Below are positions 32,871 through 46,200 of a stretch of 64,000 bases of DNA, one piece after another. Origin of the DNA: Eledone cirrhosa (Eukaryota); assembly GCA_964016885.1 (NCBI GenBank), contig OZ024743.1, positions 339,450,001-339,514,000 of the forward strand, written 5' to 3'. The position numbers and the translations under genes are program-made. How positions within the stretch are numbered: position 1 is the first letter of the stretch; each line of letters starts with the position of its first letter. The notes under the pieces are model-generated. The model worked only from the letters and a program-made list of their open reading frames with translations. It made no database searches and had not been told where the DNA came from.

Positions 32871-35386
32871 TTTTCAATGTTTGTATACATACATGACCTC
32901 CTTTCCAACGCAAGAGACATACAGATACATATGTATATATTGATGTACAGTGGGGTGACATATATTATATTATTTCTGAATGGCAATTTAAATTCAAAAA
33001 TTAAAACTAAAATACAACATCAATGCAAATTTAAAATACAATCGGCAGTTAACGTAGATAATGCTAGAGGATAGTTTGTTAGTCAGTTGTAGTAGATATT
33101 GTATGCATTAGTTACACGTGGGGCATGCGCGTGTGTCTTATTTATATATAATTATTGTGCGGCAGGGTGTTATATGTAATACAAGCACTTTAAACGAGTA
33201 ATCAAGAATATTATGGAGGTTGTAGTGGTAAGGTATTTTTTGTATATGATAAAGAAGCATGTGTGCAGAGAAATAGTATAAATGAGAAGCAAAATAATGT
33301 TATGGTTTTTGTATACACCACCATTTTCACATTCAGGAAACGTAATATATAGTTTATATGTCCTTCACATAATTAACGATGATTCCGTATTGGATGTTTG
33401 ATGTATTAAGTTAAATTATTATAGCTTGTTGCGGCTCAGTGTTCTTTCATCCAATTTTATAGAGCAGGTTGTTTCTGTTGCGAGAATTTACATCGTTTTA
33501 TTATCCGGAAGTATGTGTGTGATTAAGGGGAGTTAATGCGTGAGGGGAGGTAACTAGCTGATTTCTATAACTAAATTTATTATTCCAACATACATTAAAA
33601 GGTGTCTCAATTGAGTCCCTTATATATACGGTTATATTTTAAACATTTGACATGTATATGAAGAAATATAAGGCAATAAATGAAGAAAACAGAAAATAAA
33701 TAAATAATATAATAAAATAATTAATATAATTTGTATAATTTGAAAATAAATAAATAAATAGAGAATAAAGAATAAAGAATAAAGAATAAATGAAAAATTG
33801 GTGAAAAAGTAATGAAAGTAATGAAAATGAATATGGAGAATTGAGAAATAATGTAGGATAAAGTGTGTGTGTGTGCTATAACCAATCTCAAGGTCAGAAT
33901 ATGTTGGATAGATTGGTATGAGACAAGATGTTAAGATGAGATATTCAAACTAAATGTGTTTGTGTTATAATCAATCTCAACTTAAAAATAAATATAAGGT
34001 GATACAGTGAAGAGGGCAGAAAACAAATAACAAATTAATAAAGAGAAATCAAGATTTAAGATTGGAACTTGAAAATCAGAAATCTAGTAAATTAAAAGTG
34101 TTTGTGTTATAGATGTTGGCCAAATTATTATGGCTGTGTCCGATTCTATCTCGAGGGTCTCGTTCAGGCATAGTTTGCATATGCAAGATCCCCCTTTATC
34201 GGTTGGTACTTTCCTGATTATATACCAGGCCAGAGAGTATGGGGTCCTGTCCAGCTTAAGCTTCCAGATCAGGTCGGAGAGAGCTGTGCTTTTCCTTTTG
34301 GCCTCCTTCTTGAATGAATTGCGATGGTTGTACCAGCGGTACTTAAAGCTCGTTGATGTGGCTCCTATGTAGAGGTGTTCGGAGTTGGGGGTTTTAACTC
34401 TATAACCGTACACTAGGTTCTTCTTGAGGCATTCATTACCAAGGGGGCATGATTCGGGGTTTCTGCAGTTGCAGAGGGTGGTCGGCCTCTGCGTGCCTAG
34501 ATTAGGGTTCCCGTTATGTGTTACATGCTGGTCTTCCCCCAGACTCGGTGGGGGGGGGGGGGTCCTCGGGTCTGTTTGGGTTTCTTGGGTGGGCTCTGGG
34601 TCCCCCCTTCCCTCCTTTCACATGGTTCTGCTGAGTGTTTGTATTGCCATCTTCTGGTTGTGTGTGGTTTTTAAGCCTACTTCTGTTGATGCTAGCTATG
34701 TGTTGGGCCAAATTTCTCGTGGTGGAATACGAAAGCTTCACAGTGTGTCTGTTGAAGATCCTGTGGTATCTGTGGTCCCTCGGGAAGCATTTGTCAAGTG
34801 CTCCAAAGAATAATCGGGCCAAGCTTTTCTTTAGGGCCGCTGAGTAGAGTGGGTTGTACCACGTGATTTGTCGGTGTCTCCTCCTATATGTGTAGGTCGG
34901 GGGGTTCGTGATTTGTTGGAGATTTGTTGGGTTGCTGGTGGTTTCCGCACTGTTGCTTCCCCTTTGGGCTCTATGCTTTTTGTTATCTTCGCGGCCCGAA
35001 TTTGTGGGGTGGTCGTTGTCCGCCCCGGGAGATCCATCGTAGGGTGGTCGCCCGTTTCCTCCCCTCTCCCACGTGTCCTTCGGTTGGGGTCGTCCGTCCT
35101 GGGGTGGTTAGCGTCACGCCTGAGACTGCTACTCATATTGTGCTCCATCTCGTGGTCAAGCGCACTAGTCCCCACCGCCCGTGTGGTGGTGTCGGGTACA
35201 TGATGCCTATTTGATTCTGCTCTGCCTGTATTGTTAGGGTTCGCCCTCCCCCCTCGGGCAACGCGGGTGTGGGTGTCTGTTGGGCTATCCACCTCCCGGC
35301 TTTTCGGACTATATGTTATATTTTGTCCATGTGCCGCCTTCTTTAGAGCTGCGTTGTAATATTCCGCGTGGTTATTGAATATTTCC

Positions 35387-36718
35387 TTACTTGCGGACAG
35401 GATCTCCTGCCTTGGTTATGGATCTAGGGTGGTTTGATTTGGCGTTAACATATACGAGTTTCTCGTTGGGCTTGTGGTAGGGGTAGTATTGCTCGGTGTT
35501 CAGGTTTAGGGTGGTGTCTAGGAAGTTAACTACCTTCCTATTTGGGTCTATTTCTATGCTGAGCCCTTGGTTCTTAAAGAAATGGCGAATACGCCTCCTC
35601 ATACCCTCCAACATATTGGTGTTGTGGTCATATACTGTGAATAGAGCATCGTCACGATATAATCCGCCGCCCAGGCAGGGGATTTCATCTTTTATCTGGT
35701 TCAGCAGGTAGAGCCCAACCAGGTCAGTTACCTGCGCTGAGTCGCTGGAGCCCATCGTGATGTCAACGTTATTTGGCCAATCACTCCTGGTCCAAAGGTC
35801 TCCATCGAAGCGGATTAAGGTCTTTCTTGCGGCGTGGATGATGCTCACCTCCTCTCGGGTTAGGTCCGTATTGGACATCGCTAAAAATAGGGCCTTATTA
35901 AGTACTATGGGTGAGATTGAGGAGTAGTAGCTTGCGATGTCCAGTTGTATAAAGCTGGTCCTACTTATCTCATGCAGTATTTTGAACCATTCTATTACTT
36001 CTCTCGTGCATGACCATTGCTGTAATTTGGTTTTCTTCCGAAGCTTGGGCAAAATCCTATCCAGTATTCTTTTACTGACGATCCCTAGGTCAGATCTGGA
36101 GGGGGCTATTAGTCTGACAGGGAGGTCGGACTCAAAGTTTGGCTTGTGGTCTTTAAGGGTAATCCGCGGCTCCCTTCGTTGGTATGGGGCCGTCCTGTCC
36201 TCTATGCCGATTCTGGATATAATCCTGTAAGCTGTGGCATTGATCTCATCCAGGGTAAATCCAGGTGTTTTTTTGTAGCACTTCCTCAGTTCCCTGAGGA
36301 TTAGCTTATTGTACAGTTCAGTGTTCATGTTGTAGAGGTTGTTTGTTTTGTCAGCATGGACAAGTATTCCAGTTGTCCCTTTAAGTACTGTAATCCGGTT
36401 TCTCAGGTGTCTGAGGTACTCCTGACTTCTGGTTGGTTTTCCGGAGAATTTGAGGTTGGATATGATGTTAATCATCTCGTTTTCAAACTCCTCCATTAGT
36501 CTGTTGTGGGGGGGGGGGGGGGGATTCCTCCTTGATCGAAAAAGGTACTCCATGTTTTGTGTGTTGGTAATTTTCTGCGTTCCTCTTTCGAAGTGGAACG
36601 CCTTCCATCTCATCCTAAAGATGAGGGAGTCTGTGCTCTTGATGAGATCACTGGTGTAATCTCGTTTATCAGGTAGGGGGATGGCCTTCAGTGACGCTAA
36701 GGTTGCCAGTTTATCCAT
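35387..36718 (-). CDS. Penelope-like reverse transcriptase (open through the thumb, then frameshifted)
   Basis: 443-aa ORF with the PLE RT motifs listed above. Confidence 0.85.
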   Translation of the reverse strand: MDKLATLASLKAIPLPDKRDYTSDLIKSTDSLIFRMRWKAFHFERGTQKITNTQNMEYLFRSRRNPPPPPHNRLMEEFENEMINIISNLKFSGKPTRSQEYLRHLRNRITVLKGTTGILVHADKTNNLYNMNTELYNKLILRELRKCYKKTPGFTLDEINATAYRIISRIGIEDRTAPYQRREPRITLKDHKPNFESDLPVRLIAPSRSDLGIVSKRILDRILPKLRKKTKLQQWSCTREVIEWFKILHEISRTSFIQLDIASYYSSISPIVLNKALFLAMSNTDLTREEVSIIHAARKTLIRFDGDLWTRSDWPNNVDITMGSSDSAQVTDLVGLYLLNQIKDEIPCLGGGLYRDDALFTVYDHNTNMLEGMRRRIRHFFKNQGLSIEIDPNRKVVNFLDTTLNLNTEQYYPYHKPNEKLVYVNAKSNHPRSITKAGDPVRK

Positions 36719-36918
36719 AGTGACTTAGGTCCGCTACTGTTTGGAGCGCTCAACCCGTGTGGGAGCTAGATAGATTTTGAGTTTATGTTGGTTGTATACC
36801 AACACCTCAGTATGCAGGCTGGGGCACTCGACGAAGTGCGCAGGTTGATTTGGTTACTCCGGAGTAGTGTAAAATAAAGTTAAATAAAAGTCAAATGATT
36901 AAAATTAGCTTCGTTTAT

Positions 36919-36974
36919 TACTGCTTTATATATTTCAGTGACAGCCATCTTTGGCAATGACCTCTTCAGGCAGT
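36919..36974 (-). ncRNA. Hammerhead motif in the Penelope pLTR, cleavage triplet apparently mutated
   Basis: The reverse complement reads ACUGC-CUGAAGA-GGU..GCCA AAGA UGGC..ACU-GAAA-UAUAUAAA-GCAGU-AAUAAA. Confidence 0.65.
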
Positions 36975-37206
36975 TTGAATTAGTATGGTATAGACAAGTA
37001 CATATATTGTTTAGGTGTATAATATTGTCAATACTCTGATATGCCCAGTTCCTTGTTGGGTTGTTGATTCACTGAGGAACTGGAGTCATATGAATTCAAA
37101 CAAACGAATTTCAGTGTCAAAGGTCCTCTTCTCCTCTCATTGGTCAATTATTAGAACATTCCTCATTCTAAGTGTTGTTATTGTTGGTGTTAGCTTAAAA
37201 ATTGAT

Positions 37207-40200
37207 AATCTAAGCTAAATATCAATCTAAATCTAAGCTAAATATTAGCTAAATATACGCTAAATATCAACCTAAATCTAAGCTAAATATTAGCTAAATC
37301 TCACCTAAATCTAAGCTAAATATGAGCTAAATCTCACATAAATCTAAGCTAAATATAAACTAAATCTCACCTAAATCTAAGCTAAATATAAGTTAAATCT
37401 CACCTAAATCTAAGCTAAATGTAAGCTAAATCTCACCTGAATCTAAGATAAATCTAAGCTAAATCTCAGCTAAATCTCAGCTAAATCAAAGTTAAATCTC
37501 ATCTAAATCTATGCTAAATATAAGCTAACTCTCACCTAAATTTAAGCTAAATCTAAGCTAAATCACACCTAAATCTAAACTAGATCTAAGCTAAATCTCA
37601 CATAAATCTAAGCTAAATATAAGCTAAATCTCACCTAAATCTAAGCTAAATCTCAGCTAAATCTCACCTAAATATAAGCTAAATCTAAGCTAAATCTCAC
37701 CTAAATCTAAGCTAAATATACGCCAAATCTCACCTAAATCTAAGCTAAATCTAAGCTATATCTAAGTTAAATATAAGCTAAATCTCACCTAAATATAAGC
37801 TCAATATAAGCTAAATCTCACCTAAATCTAAGTTAAATATAAGCTAAATCTCATCTAAATCTCATCTAAATCTAAGCTAAATCTCACCTAAATCAACGCT
37901 AAATATCAGCTAAATATAAGCTAAATATAAGCTAAATCTCACGTAAATCTAAGCTAAATATAAGCTAAATCTCACCAAAACCCAGGCTAAATCTAGGCTA
38001 AATCTAAGCTAAATTTCACCTAAATCTAAGCAAAATCTAAGCTAAATCTCACCTAAATCTAAGCTAAATCTTAGCTAAATCTCACCTAAATCTAAGCTAA
38101 ATCTCAACCTCTATCTAAGCTAAATCTAAGCTAAATCTCACCTAAATCTAAGCTAAATATAAGCTAAATATAAACTAAATCTCACCTAAATCTAAGATAA
38201 ATATAAGCTAAATATCACCTAAATCTAAGCTAAATATAAGCTAAATCTAATGTAAATCTAAGCTAAATCTTAGCTAAATCTCACTTAAATCTAAGCTAAA
38301 TATAAACTAAATCTCACCTAAATATAAGCTAAATATGAGTTAAATCTCACCTAAATCTAAGCTAAATCTAAGTTAAATATAAGCTAAATCTCACCTAAAT
38401 CTAAGCTAAATATCAGATAAATCTAACCTAAAGATATGCTAAATATAAGGTAAATCTCACCTAAATCTAAGCTAAATCTCACCTAAATCTAAGCTAAATA
38501 TAAGGTAAATCTCAAGTAAATCTAAGCTAAATCTAAGCTAAATCTAAGCTAAATCTCAGCTAAATCTAAGCTAAACATAAGCTAAATCTCACCTGAATTT
38601 AAGCTAAATCTCACCTAAATCTAAGCTAATCTCAGATTAAATCTAAGCTAAATCTAAGCTAAATGACACCTAAATCTAAGCTAAATATAAGCTAAATCTC
38701 ACCTAAATCTTGGCTAAATCTAGGCTAAATCTAAGCTAAGTTTCAGCTAAATCTAAGCTAAATATAAGCTAAATCTCATCTAAATCTCAGCTAAATCTAA
38801 GCTAAATCTCACGTAAATCAAAGCTAAATATAAGCTAAATATAAGCTAAACCGCACGTAAATCTAAGCAAAATATAAGCTAAATCTCACCTAAATCATGG
38901 CTAAATCTAGGCTAAATCTAAGCTAAATTTCACCTAAATCTAAGCTAAATCTAAGCTAAATCTCACGTAAATCTAAGCTAAATCTCAACATATATCTAAT
39001 CAAAATCTTAGCTAAATTACACCTAAATCTAAGCTAAATATACGCCAAATCTCACCTAAATCTAAGCTAAATCTAAGCTATATCTAAGTTAAATATAAGC
39101 TAAATCTGACTTAAATATAAGCTCAATATAAGCTAAATCTCACCAAAATCTAAGTTAAATATAAGCTAAATCTCATCTAAATCTCATCTAAATATAAGCT
39201 AAATCTCACCTAAATCAACGCTAAATATAAGCTAAATATAAGCTAAATTTCACCTAAATCTAAGCAAAATCGAAGCTAAATCTCACCTAAATCTAAGCTA
39301 AATCTTAGCTAAATCTCACCTAAATCTAAGCTAAATCTCAACCTATATCTATGCTAAATCTAAGCTAAATCTCACCTAAATCTAAGCTAAAAATAAGCTA
39401 AACCTCACCTAAATCTAAGCTAAATATAAGCTAAATATAAGCTAAATATAAGCTAAATCTCACCTAAATCTAAGCTAAATATAAGCTAAATCTCATCTAA
39501 ATCTAAGCTAAATCTTAGCTAAATCTCACTAAATCTAAGCTAAATATAAACTGAATCTCACCTAAATATAAGCTAAATATGAGCTAAATCTCACCTAAAT
39601 CTAAGCCAAATCTAAGTTAAATATAAGCTAAATCTCACCTAAATCTAAGCTAAATATAAGATAAATCTAATTTAAAGATATGCTAAATATAAGCTAAATC
39701 TCACCTAAATCTAAGCTAAATCTCACCTAAATCTAAGCTAAATATAAGGTAAATCTCAAGTAAATCTAAGCTAAATCTAAGCTAAATCTCAGCTAAATCT
39801 AAGCTAAACATAAACTAAATCTCACCTGAATTTAAGCTAAATCTCACCTAAATCTAAGCTAATCTTAGATTAAATCTAAGCTAAATCTAAGCTAAATGAC
39901 ACCTAAATCTAAGCTAAATATAAGCTAAATCTCATCTAAATCTAAGCTAAATCTAAGCTAAGTCTCACCTAAATCAAATCTAAATCTAAGCTAAATATAA
40001 GCTAAACCTCACGTAAATCTAAGCTAAATATAAGCTAAATCTCACCTAAATCTTGGCTAAATGTAGGCTAAATCTAATCTAAGTTTCAGCTACATCTAAG
40101 CTAAATATAAGCTAAATCTCCCCTAAATCTAAGCAAAATATAAGCTAAATCTCACCTAAATCTTGGCTAAATATAGGCTAAATCTAAGCTAAATTACACC

Positions 40201-43200
40201 TAAATCTAAGCTAAATAAAAGCTAAATCTCACCTAAATCTAAGCTAAATATAAGCTAAATCTAAGCTAAATATAAGCTAAATCTCACCTAAATCTAAGCT
40301 AAATATAAGCGAAATCTCACCGAAATCTAAGCTAAATATAAGCTAAATCTCCTCTAAATCTAAGCTAAATCTAAGCTAAATCTCACCCAAATCTAAGCTA
40401 AAGCTCAACATATATCTAATCAAAATCTTAGCTAAATTACACCTAAATCTAAGCTAAATATAAGCTAAATATCACCTAAATCTAAGCTAAATATAAGTTA
40501 TATCTAAGCTAAATATAAGCTAAATCTCACATAAATATAAGCTAAATATAAGCTAAATCTCACCTAAATCTAAGCTAAATCTAAGCTAAATCTAAGCTAA
40601 ATTTAAGCTAAATCTCACCTAAATCTAAGCTAAATATAAGATAAATCTAACCTAAAGCTAAGCTAAATATAGGCTAAATCTAGGCTAAATCTAAGCTAAA
40701 TCTAAGCTAAATTTCACCTAAATCTAAGCTAAATCTAAGCTAAATCTCACTTATTGATATAAGATAAATCGAAACTAAATCTCACTTAAATATAAACAAA
40801 ATCTAACCTAAATATCAGCTAAATCTCACGTAAATCTAAGTTAATCTAAACTAAATCTCACCTAAATCTAAGCTAAATCTAAACTAAATCTCAAATAAAT
40901 CTAAGCTAAATCTAAGCTAAATCTCACTTAAATCGAAGCTTAATCTCACCGAAATCTAAGCTAAATCTAAGCTAAATATAAGCTAAATCTCACCTAAATC
41001 TAATCGAAATATAAGGTAAATCTCACCTAAATCTAAGCTAAATATAAGCTAAATCTCACCTAAATCTAAGCAAAATCTCACCTAAATATAAGCTAAATCT
41101 AGCCTAAATCTCACCTAAATATAAGCTAAATCTAAGTTAGATCTCACCTAAATCTAAGCTGAATATGAGCTAAATCTCACCTAAATCTTGGCTAAATATA
41201 ACCTAAATCTCACATAAATCTGAGCTAAATCTAAGCTAAATCTCACCTAAATCTAAGCTAAATCTAAGCTAAATCTAAGCTAAATCTAAGCTAAATATAG
41301 GATAAATCTCATCGAAATCTAAGCTAAATCTAAGCGAAATCTCACCTAAATCAAAGCTAAATATCAGCTAAACATAAGCTAAATCTCACCTGAATTTAAG
41401 CTACATCTCAACAAAATCTAAGCTAAATCTCAAACTAAATCTAAGTTAAATCGAAGCTAAATGACACATAAATCTAAGCTTAATCTCACCTAAATCTAAG
41501 GTAAATATACGCTAAATCTTACCTAAATCTAAGCTAAATCTAAGCTAAATCTAAGCTAAATATGAGCTAAATCTCACCTAAATCTAAGCTAAATATAAGC
41601 TAAATCTCATCAAAATCTAAGCTAAATCTAAGCTAAATCTCACCTAAATCAAAGCTAAGTATAAGCTAAATATAAGATAAATCTCACCTAAATCAAAGCT
41701 AAATATAAGCTAAATCGCATCTAAATCTAAGCTAAATATAAGCTAAATCTCACCTAAATCTAAGCTAAATATAAGCTAAATCTCACCTGAATTTAAGTTA
41801 ATCTCACCTAAATCTAAGCTAAATCTCAAACTAAATCTAAGATAAATCTAAGCTAAATGACACCTAAATCTAAGCTAAATATAAATTAAATCTCACCTAA
41901 ATGTAAGTTAAATCAAAGCTTAATATGAGCTAAGTCTCAACTAAATCTAAGCTAAATATAAGCTAAATCTCATTTAAATCTAAGCTAAATCTAAGATAAA
42001 TCTCACCTAAATCTAAGCTAACTATAAGCTAAATATAAGTTAAATCTCACCTAAATCTAAGCTAAATACAGGCTTAATCTCATCGAAATCTAAGCTAAAT
42101 CTAAGATAAATCTCACTTAAATCAAAGCTAAATATAAGCTAAACATAAGCTAAATCTCACCTGAATTTAAGCTAAATCTCACCAAAATCTAAGCTAAATC
42201 TAAAACTAAATCTAAGTTAAATTGAAGCTAAATGACACTTAAATCAAAGCTAAATATAAGCTAAATCTCAACTAAATCTGAGCTAAATCTAAACTAAATC
42301 TCACCTAAATCTAAATTAAATCTAAACTAAATCTCAACTAAATCTAAGCTAAATCTAAACTAAATCTCACTTAAATCGAAGCTATATCCCACCTAAATCT
42401 AAGCTAAATATAAGCTAAATCTCACCTAAATCTAAGCTAAATATGAGCTAAATCTCACATAAATCTAAGCAAAATCTCACCTAGATATAAGCTAGATCTC
42501 ACATAAATCTCACCTAAATCTAAGCTAAATATAAGCTAAATCTCATTTAAATCTAAGCTAAATCTAAGATAAATCTCACCTAAATCTAAACTAACTATAA
42601 GCTAAATATGAGTTAAATCTCACCTAAATCTAAGATAAATACAGGCTTAATCTCATCGAAATCTAAGCTAAATCTAAGCTAAATCTCACTTAAATCAAAG
42701 CTAAATATAAGCTAAACATAAGCTAAATCTCACCTGAATTTAAGCTAAATCTCACCAAAATCTAAGCTAAATCTCAAACTAAATCTAAGTTAAATTGAAG
42801 CTACATGACACTTAAATCAAAGCTAAATATAAGCTAAATCTCAACTAAATCTGAGCTAAATCTAAGCTAAATCTCACCTAAATCTAAATTAAATCTAAAC
42901 TAAATCTCAACTAAATCTAAGCTAAATCTAAACTAAATCTCACTTAAATCGAAGCTATATCCCACCTAAATCTAAGCTAAATATAAGCTAAATCTCACCT
43001 AAATCTAAGCTAAATATGAGCTAAATCTCACATAAATCTAAGCAAAATCTCACCTAGATATAAGCTAGATCTAACATAAATCTCACCTAAATCTAAGCTG
43101 AATATAAGCTAAATCTCACCTAAATCCTGGCTAAATATAAGCTGAATCTAATTTAAATTTAAGCTAAATATAAGCTAAATCTTACCTAAATCTAAGCTAA

Positions 43201-46200
43201 ATCTCAACCTAAATCTAAGCTAAATCTAAGCTAAATCTCACCTAAATCTAAGCTAAATATGAGCTAAATCTCACTTAAATCTAAGCTAAATATAAGCTAA
43301 ATCTAAGCTAAATATAAGCTAAATCTCACATAAATATAAGCTAAATATAAGCTAAATCTCACCTAAATCTAAGCTAAATCTAAGCTAAAACTAAGCTAAA
43401 TCTAAGCTAAATCTCACCTAAATCTAAGCTAAATATAAGATAAATCTAACCTAAAGCTAAGCTAAATATAGGCTAAATCTAGGCTAAATCTAGGCTAAAT
43501 CTAAGCTAAATTTCACCTAAATCTAAGCTAAATCTAAACTAAATCTCACTTATTGATATAAGCTAAATCGAAACTAAATCTCACTTAAATATAAACAAAA
43601 TCTAAGCTAAATCTCACCTAAATCTAACCTAAATATCAGCTAAATCTCACGTAAATCTAAGCTAAATCTAAACTAAATCTCACCTAAATCTAAGCTAAAT
43701 CTAAACTAAATCTCAACTAAATCTAAGCTAAATCTAAGCTAAATCTCACTTAAATCGGAGCTTAATCTCACCGAAATCTAAGCTAAATCTAAGCTAAATA
43801 TAAGCTAAATCTCACCTAAATCTAATCGAAACATAAGGTAAATCTCACCTAAATCTAAGCTAAATATAAGCTAAATCTAAGCTAAATATAAGCTAAATCT
43901 CACCTAAATCTAAGCTAAATATAAGCGAAATCTCACCTAAATCTAAGCTAAATATAAGCTAAATCTCCTCTAAATCTAAGCTAAATCTAAGCTAAATCTC
44001 AACTAAATCTAAGCTAAAGCTCAACATATATCTAATCAAAATATTAGCTAAATTACACCTAAATCTAAGCTAAATATAAGCTAAATCTCACATAAATCTA
44101 AGCTAAATATAAGCTAAATCTAAGCTAAATATAAGCTAAATCTCACATAAATATAAGCTAAATATAAGCTAAATCTCACCTAAATCTAAGCTAAATCTAA
44201 GCTAAATCTAAGCTAAATCTAAGCTAAATCTCACCTAAATCTAAGCTAAATATAAGATAAATCTAACCTAAAGCTAAGCTAAATATAGGCTAAATCTAGG
44301 CTAAATCTAGGCTAATCTAAGCTAAATTTCACCTAAATCTAAGCTAAATCTAAGCTAAATCTCACTTATTGATATAAGCTAAATCGAAACTAAATCTCAC
44401 TTAAATATAAACAAAATCTAAGCTAAATCTCACCTAAATCTAACCTAAATATCAGCTAAATCTCACGTAAATCTAAGCTAAATCTAAACTAAATCTCACC
44501 TAAATCTAAGCTAAATCTAAACTAAATCTCAACTAAATCTAAGCTAAATCTAAGCTAAATCTCACTTAAATCGGAGCTTAATCTCACCGAAATCTAAGCT
44601 AAATCTCAACTAAATCTAAGCTAAAGCTCAACATATATCTAATCAAAATATTAGCTAAATTACACCTAAATCTAAGCTAAATATAAGCTAAATCTCACCT
44701 AAATATAAGCTAAATCTCACCTAAATCTAATCGAAATATAAGGTAAATCTCACCTAAATCTAAGCTAAATATAAGCTAAATCTCACCTAAATCTAAGCAA
44801 AATCTCACCTAAATATAAGCTAAATCTAGCCTAAATCTCACCTAAATATAAGCTAAATCTAAGTTAGATCTCACCTAAATCTAAGCTGAATATAAGCTAA
44901 ATCTCACCTAAATCTTGGCTAAATATAACCTAAATCTCACATAAATCTGAGCTAAATCTAAGCTAAATCTCACCTAAATCTAAGCTAAATCTAAGCTAAA
45001 TCTAAGCTAAATCTAAGCTAAATATAGGATAAATCTCATCGAAATCTAAGCAAAATCTAAGCGAAATCTCACCTAAATCAAAGCTAAATATCAGCTAAAC
45101 ATAAGCTAAATCTCACCTGAATTTAAGCTACATCTCAACAAAATCTAAGCTAAATCTCAAACTAAATCTAAGTTAAATCGAAGCTAAATGACACATAAAT
45201 CTAAGCTTAATCTCACCTAAATCTAAGGTAAATATACGCTAAATCTTACCTAAATCTAAGCTAAATCTAAGCTAAATCTAAGCTAAATATGAGCTAAATC
45301 TCACCTAAATCTAAGCTAAATATAAGCTAAATCTCATCAAAATCTAAGCTAAATCTAAGCTAAATCTCACCTAAATCAAAGCTAAGTATAAGCTAAATAT
45401 AAGATAAATCTCACCTAAATCAAAGCTAAATATAAGCTAAATCGCATCTAAATCTAAGCTAAATATAAGCTAAATCTCACCTAAATCTAAGCTAAATATA
45501 AGCTAAATCTCACCTGAATTTAAGTTAATCTCACCTAAATCTAAGCTAAATCTCAAACTAAATCTAAGATAAATCTAAGCTAAATGACACCTAAATCTAA
45601 GCTAAATATGAATTAAATCTCACCTAAATGTAAGTTAAATCAAAGCTTAATATGAGCTAAGTCTCAACTAAATCTAAGCTAAATATAAGCTAAATCTCAT
45701 TTAAATCTAAGCTAAATCTAAGATAAATCTCACCTAAATCTAAGCTAACTATAAGCTAAATATAAGTTAAATCTCACCTAAATCTAAGCTAAATACAGGC
45801 TTAATCTCATCGAAATCTAAGCTAAATCTAAGATAAATCTCACTTAAATCAAAGCTAAATATAAGCTAAACATAAGCTAAATCTCACCTGAATTTAAGCT
45901 AAATCTCACCAAAATCTAAGCTAAATCTAAAACTAAATCTAAGTTAAATTGAAGCTAAATGACACTTAAATCAAAGCTAAATATAAGCTAAATCTCAACT
46001 AAATCTGAGCTAAATCTAAACTAAATCTCACCTAAATCTAAATTAAATCTAAACTAAATCTCAACTAAATCTAAGCTAAATCTAAACTAAATCTCACTTA
46101 AATCGAAGCTATATCCCACCTAAATCTAAGCTAAATATAAGCTAAATCTCACCTAAATCTAAGCTAAATATGAGCTAAATCTCACATAAATCTAAGCAAA

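Larger units (their letters stand above)
34084..36980 (-). mobile_element. Penelope-like element, Neptune-type (RT, Cys-rich linker, GIY-YIG endonuclease), frameshifted, with upstream pLTR
   Basis: SLKAIPLP..RMRWKAF; PVRLI, LDIASYYSSI, MGSSDSA, GLYRDD, NFLDTTL, YHKPN, SNHP; IFNRHTVKLSYS; CNC..CPL..C; LYIGATSTSFKYRWYNH; CKLC. Confidence 0.92.
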
